A stretch of 62,812 nt of DNA, filler included, from Chiloscyllium plagiosum (taxonomy: Eukaryota), in assembly GCF_004010195.1 (NCBI RefSeq). It is 6 parts of one record of this genome, joined end to end, with 100 filler letters (N's around TTAATTAATTAA, not from the genome) between each part and the next. Parts side by side here need not be neighbours in the genome. Positions count along the whole stretch, not along the records: positions 57,271 to 62,812 come from NC_057712.1; 5 more parts are not named here. One strand, given 5' to 3'. Every line of letters begins with the position of its first letter. The first letter of the stretch is position 1. A program made the position numbers and the translations under genes. The notes below the pieces were generated by a model. That model had not been told where the DNA came from and did not search any database. It saw nothing but the letters and a program-made list of their open reading frames with translations. Positions 60,280-62,812 of this stretch are shown in pieces.

Positions 60280-61090
60280 CAGTAAAAGGCAGAACCCTTA
60301 GAAGTATTAACATACAGAGGGATCTGGGCATCGTGGTTCATAGTTCCCTGAAAGTGGCAACACAAGTGACTAAGGTGTTCTAGAAGGTGTATATCATGCT
60401 TGTCTTCATTGTTTGGGACAGAAAATATAAACATTGGCAAGTCATGTTGCCGCTGTATAGAACTTTATTGAAGCCACATTTGGAATATTGCGTATAGTTC
60501 TGGTCACCACAATACCAGAAGGATTTGGAGGCTTTGGAGAGGGTACAGAAACAGTTTACTGGGATTTTGCCTGGTTTGGAGGGCATTAGCTATGAGGAAA
60601 GATTGGGCAAAATTGGTTTGTTTTCATTTGAACATCAGAGGGTGAGGTGTGACCTGATAGAAGTTTACGAAATTACGAGAGGCATGGATAGTCAGAGTTT
60701 TTTTTTCAGGGAATAAAAATTACTAGGGGACATAGCTTTAAGATAAAAAGAGGTAAAATTAAAGAAGATATGAGAAGCAAGTTTTTTACAGAGGGTGGCA
60801 AGTGCTTGGAATGCTTTGTCTGAGGAAGTAGTTGAGACAAAAAAAATTGCAGATGCTGGAATCCAAGGTAGACAAACAGGAGGCTGGAGGAACATAGCAA
60901 GCCAGGAGGTGGAAGCAGATACAATAACAACATGCAAGAGATATCTTTGCAAATGCATGAATGTACAGGAAAAGAGAAATGGATCATGTGTAAACAAGGG
61001 GTTTTTAGGTTAGAATGACATCATGTGTCAGTGCAGTTTTGGTCGGCTGAAGAGCGTGTTCCTGAGCTGTACTGTTCTTTATTCTTCGAA
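60280..61090 (+). mobile_element. CR1 3' fragment with small PLE-terminus insert (about 60840-60905)
   Basis: LERVQKQFTGILPGLEGISYEERLGKIGLFSF. Confidence 0.88.
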
Positions 61091-61199
61091 TGTATTTGCT
61101 AGCTTTTTGAGATTTATGTACAAGGTTTCTCACATTTCTACGTGCTACAGCTTTCTGAAGTCTTTCTCCATTTCAATAACATTCAGCTCCTCTATTCTT

Positions 61200-62250
61200 A
61201 CAAAAGTGTAAAATCTCACATTTTCTCACATATTTCATCTGCCAATTTTTTTTCCCACTTGCTTAAATTTTGCAGCTTCTTTGTGTCATTCTCCGCACTT
61301 ACAATCTCACTTATTTTTGTGTGATCTACAGTGTGTGTTTTAGCACACACTTACCTCATCCAAGTCATGAATATATATTGCAGATTATTGTGACCCCTGT
61401 CTCATTCATGGAGCACTCCACTGGTTACAAGTTGCCACCTGAAAATTCCATCCCTTATCCCAACTCTCTGTCACCTATTAGCTAGCCATTCCTTTATTGC
61501 TACTAATATACGACATTCAACATTATAGATTCTCATCTTACTAAGTAACCTAACGTGTAGTACCTTATCAAATGAATTCTGAAAATCCAAATGTATTGCA
61601 TCCAATGCTTCCCCTTTCTCCATCCTGCATGTTAGCTCCTCAAATCATTCTAGTTTCCCCTTCATGAAGGCATACCGACTCTGCATGATCATGTTAGGTA
61701 TTTACAAATGCTGTGCTATTACATCCCATATAATAGACTTTAACATTTTCCCAATAAAACAAGATAGGCAAACTATCCTATAGTTACCTGTTTTTTGTCT
61801 CCCTTTTGAAATAAAGGTGTTACATTGGTGATTTTCCAATTTACTGGGATTTTTCCAGAAACTAAGGATTTTTGGAAGATTTCTACCAGTGCATCCACTA
61901 GCTCTGTAGCTATCTCCTTTACTATCCTAGGATGTATCCCATCAGGTCCAGGGGACTTTTCAGTTTTTAGTTCGATTGGGTTCCCTCGCACTTTTTGTCT
62001 GATGAGAATTATTGTATTTATTCCCTCTCTTCCTCTTGATTATTTAGAAATTTTGGAATCTGTTAGTGTCTTCTGCTATGAAAAGCATTCATTCAACTCC
62101 TGACTATTTCTGATTCCCATTATTATTTCCCAGTTTCTTTCTGTAAAGGGTCCATGTTAACTCTTTCACATATTTAAAGAAGATTTTGTTGTCTGTCTTG
62201 ATGTTGCTTGTAAGTTTGTCCTTAAAATTTATCTTCTTCTTCATTGTGTC
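61200..62250 (-). mobile_element. Old CR1 RT fragment
   Basis: LKTEKSPGPDGIHPRIVKEIATELVDALVEIFQKSL...WKITNVTPLFQKG. Confidence 0.85.
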
Positions 62251-62578
62251 TTCCCTGCTAAGTCACATCCATGACAGTTTATATTAACTTACCTATTTTT
62301 AGTTAATTTCTTGAAATATGAACTTAAACTTGTGGGAGTAGAATGTTGGACCACCCCAACAATGGGGAGGTGTAACATCTTGGCTGATTATTGTGGCTCT
62401 TTTGTTACTTTTAATACATTCCCGACAGCAAAGATCTTGTATTTATAATTGTAATTAACAGAATGGAAACACGCCAGGTCAGTGGTTATCAGGAAAGAGA
62501 AATGTTCAGTTTGTGTTTCAGGTGTTCACTCCTTCATCAAACCTAAAGTGGAACAAGGATTTTTTTTTGCTTTTTGAC

Positions 62579-62812
62579 AGAAAACAAACAAGTGAGAAAC
62601 GATCCAGGCAACAAAGAGCACGACTTGACGCAGAGAACAAAGTGCTAGGATCACTAACCAGAACAAGGTGCCAGGCTCGCTAACCAGAAAGAAAACAAAC
62701 AAGTGAGAAACGATCCAGGCAACAAAGAGCACGACTTGACGCAGAGAACAAAGTGCTAGGATCACTAACCAGAACAAGGTGCCAGGCTCGCTAACCAGAA
62801 CAAGGTGCTAGG
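62579..62812 (+). repeat. 111-bp tandem repeat (2+ copies) with internal CTAACCAGAACAAGGTGC subrepeats, running off the window
   Basis: Copies start at 62579 and 62690 and appear identical. Confidence 0.88.

Overview
Eukaryotic, repeat-dominated vertebrate DNA. The CR1/HER1-type LINEs, V-SINE (HE1-type) SINEs and Penelope-like elements (PLEs) point to a cartilaginous fish, probably a shark (inference). The window is not one locus: five identical 100-bp spacers (44 N + TTAATTAATTAA + 44 N) join six segments, and there are two ordinary N gaps (8946-9072, 48398-48734). Only one host coding exon is recognisable, a 170-bp minus-strand GAREM-family exon (GAREM2-like, 6045-6214). The rest is mostly decayed CR1 LINEs, a second CR1/L2-group LINE with a partner SINE, two PLE lineages, a Tc1/mariner-type MITE, a probable LTR with a tRNA-Leu primer-binding site, and minisatellites. 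The strongest signal is a population of short (about 95-600 bp), TSD-flanked, PLE-derived insertions. Together with the larger PLE remnants they form at least five sequence families sharing an ultra-minimal hammerhead-ribozyme-like motif: CUGANGA + 1 extra nt - stem II - GAA - 4-nt palindrome - cleavage nt. The motif covaries in stem I, stem II and the palindrome, and could only fold as a dimer. Also notable is a 2.2-kb 33-bp minisatellite amplified in situ from 11 codons of a CR1 ORF2. No alignments, folding or database searches were run, and repeat boundaries are approximate unless TSDs are given.
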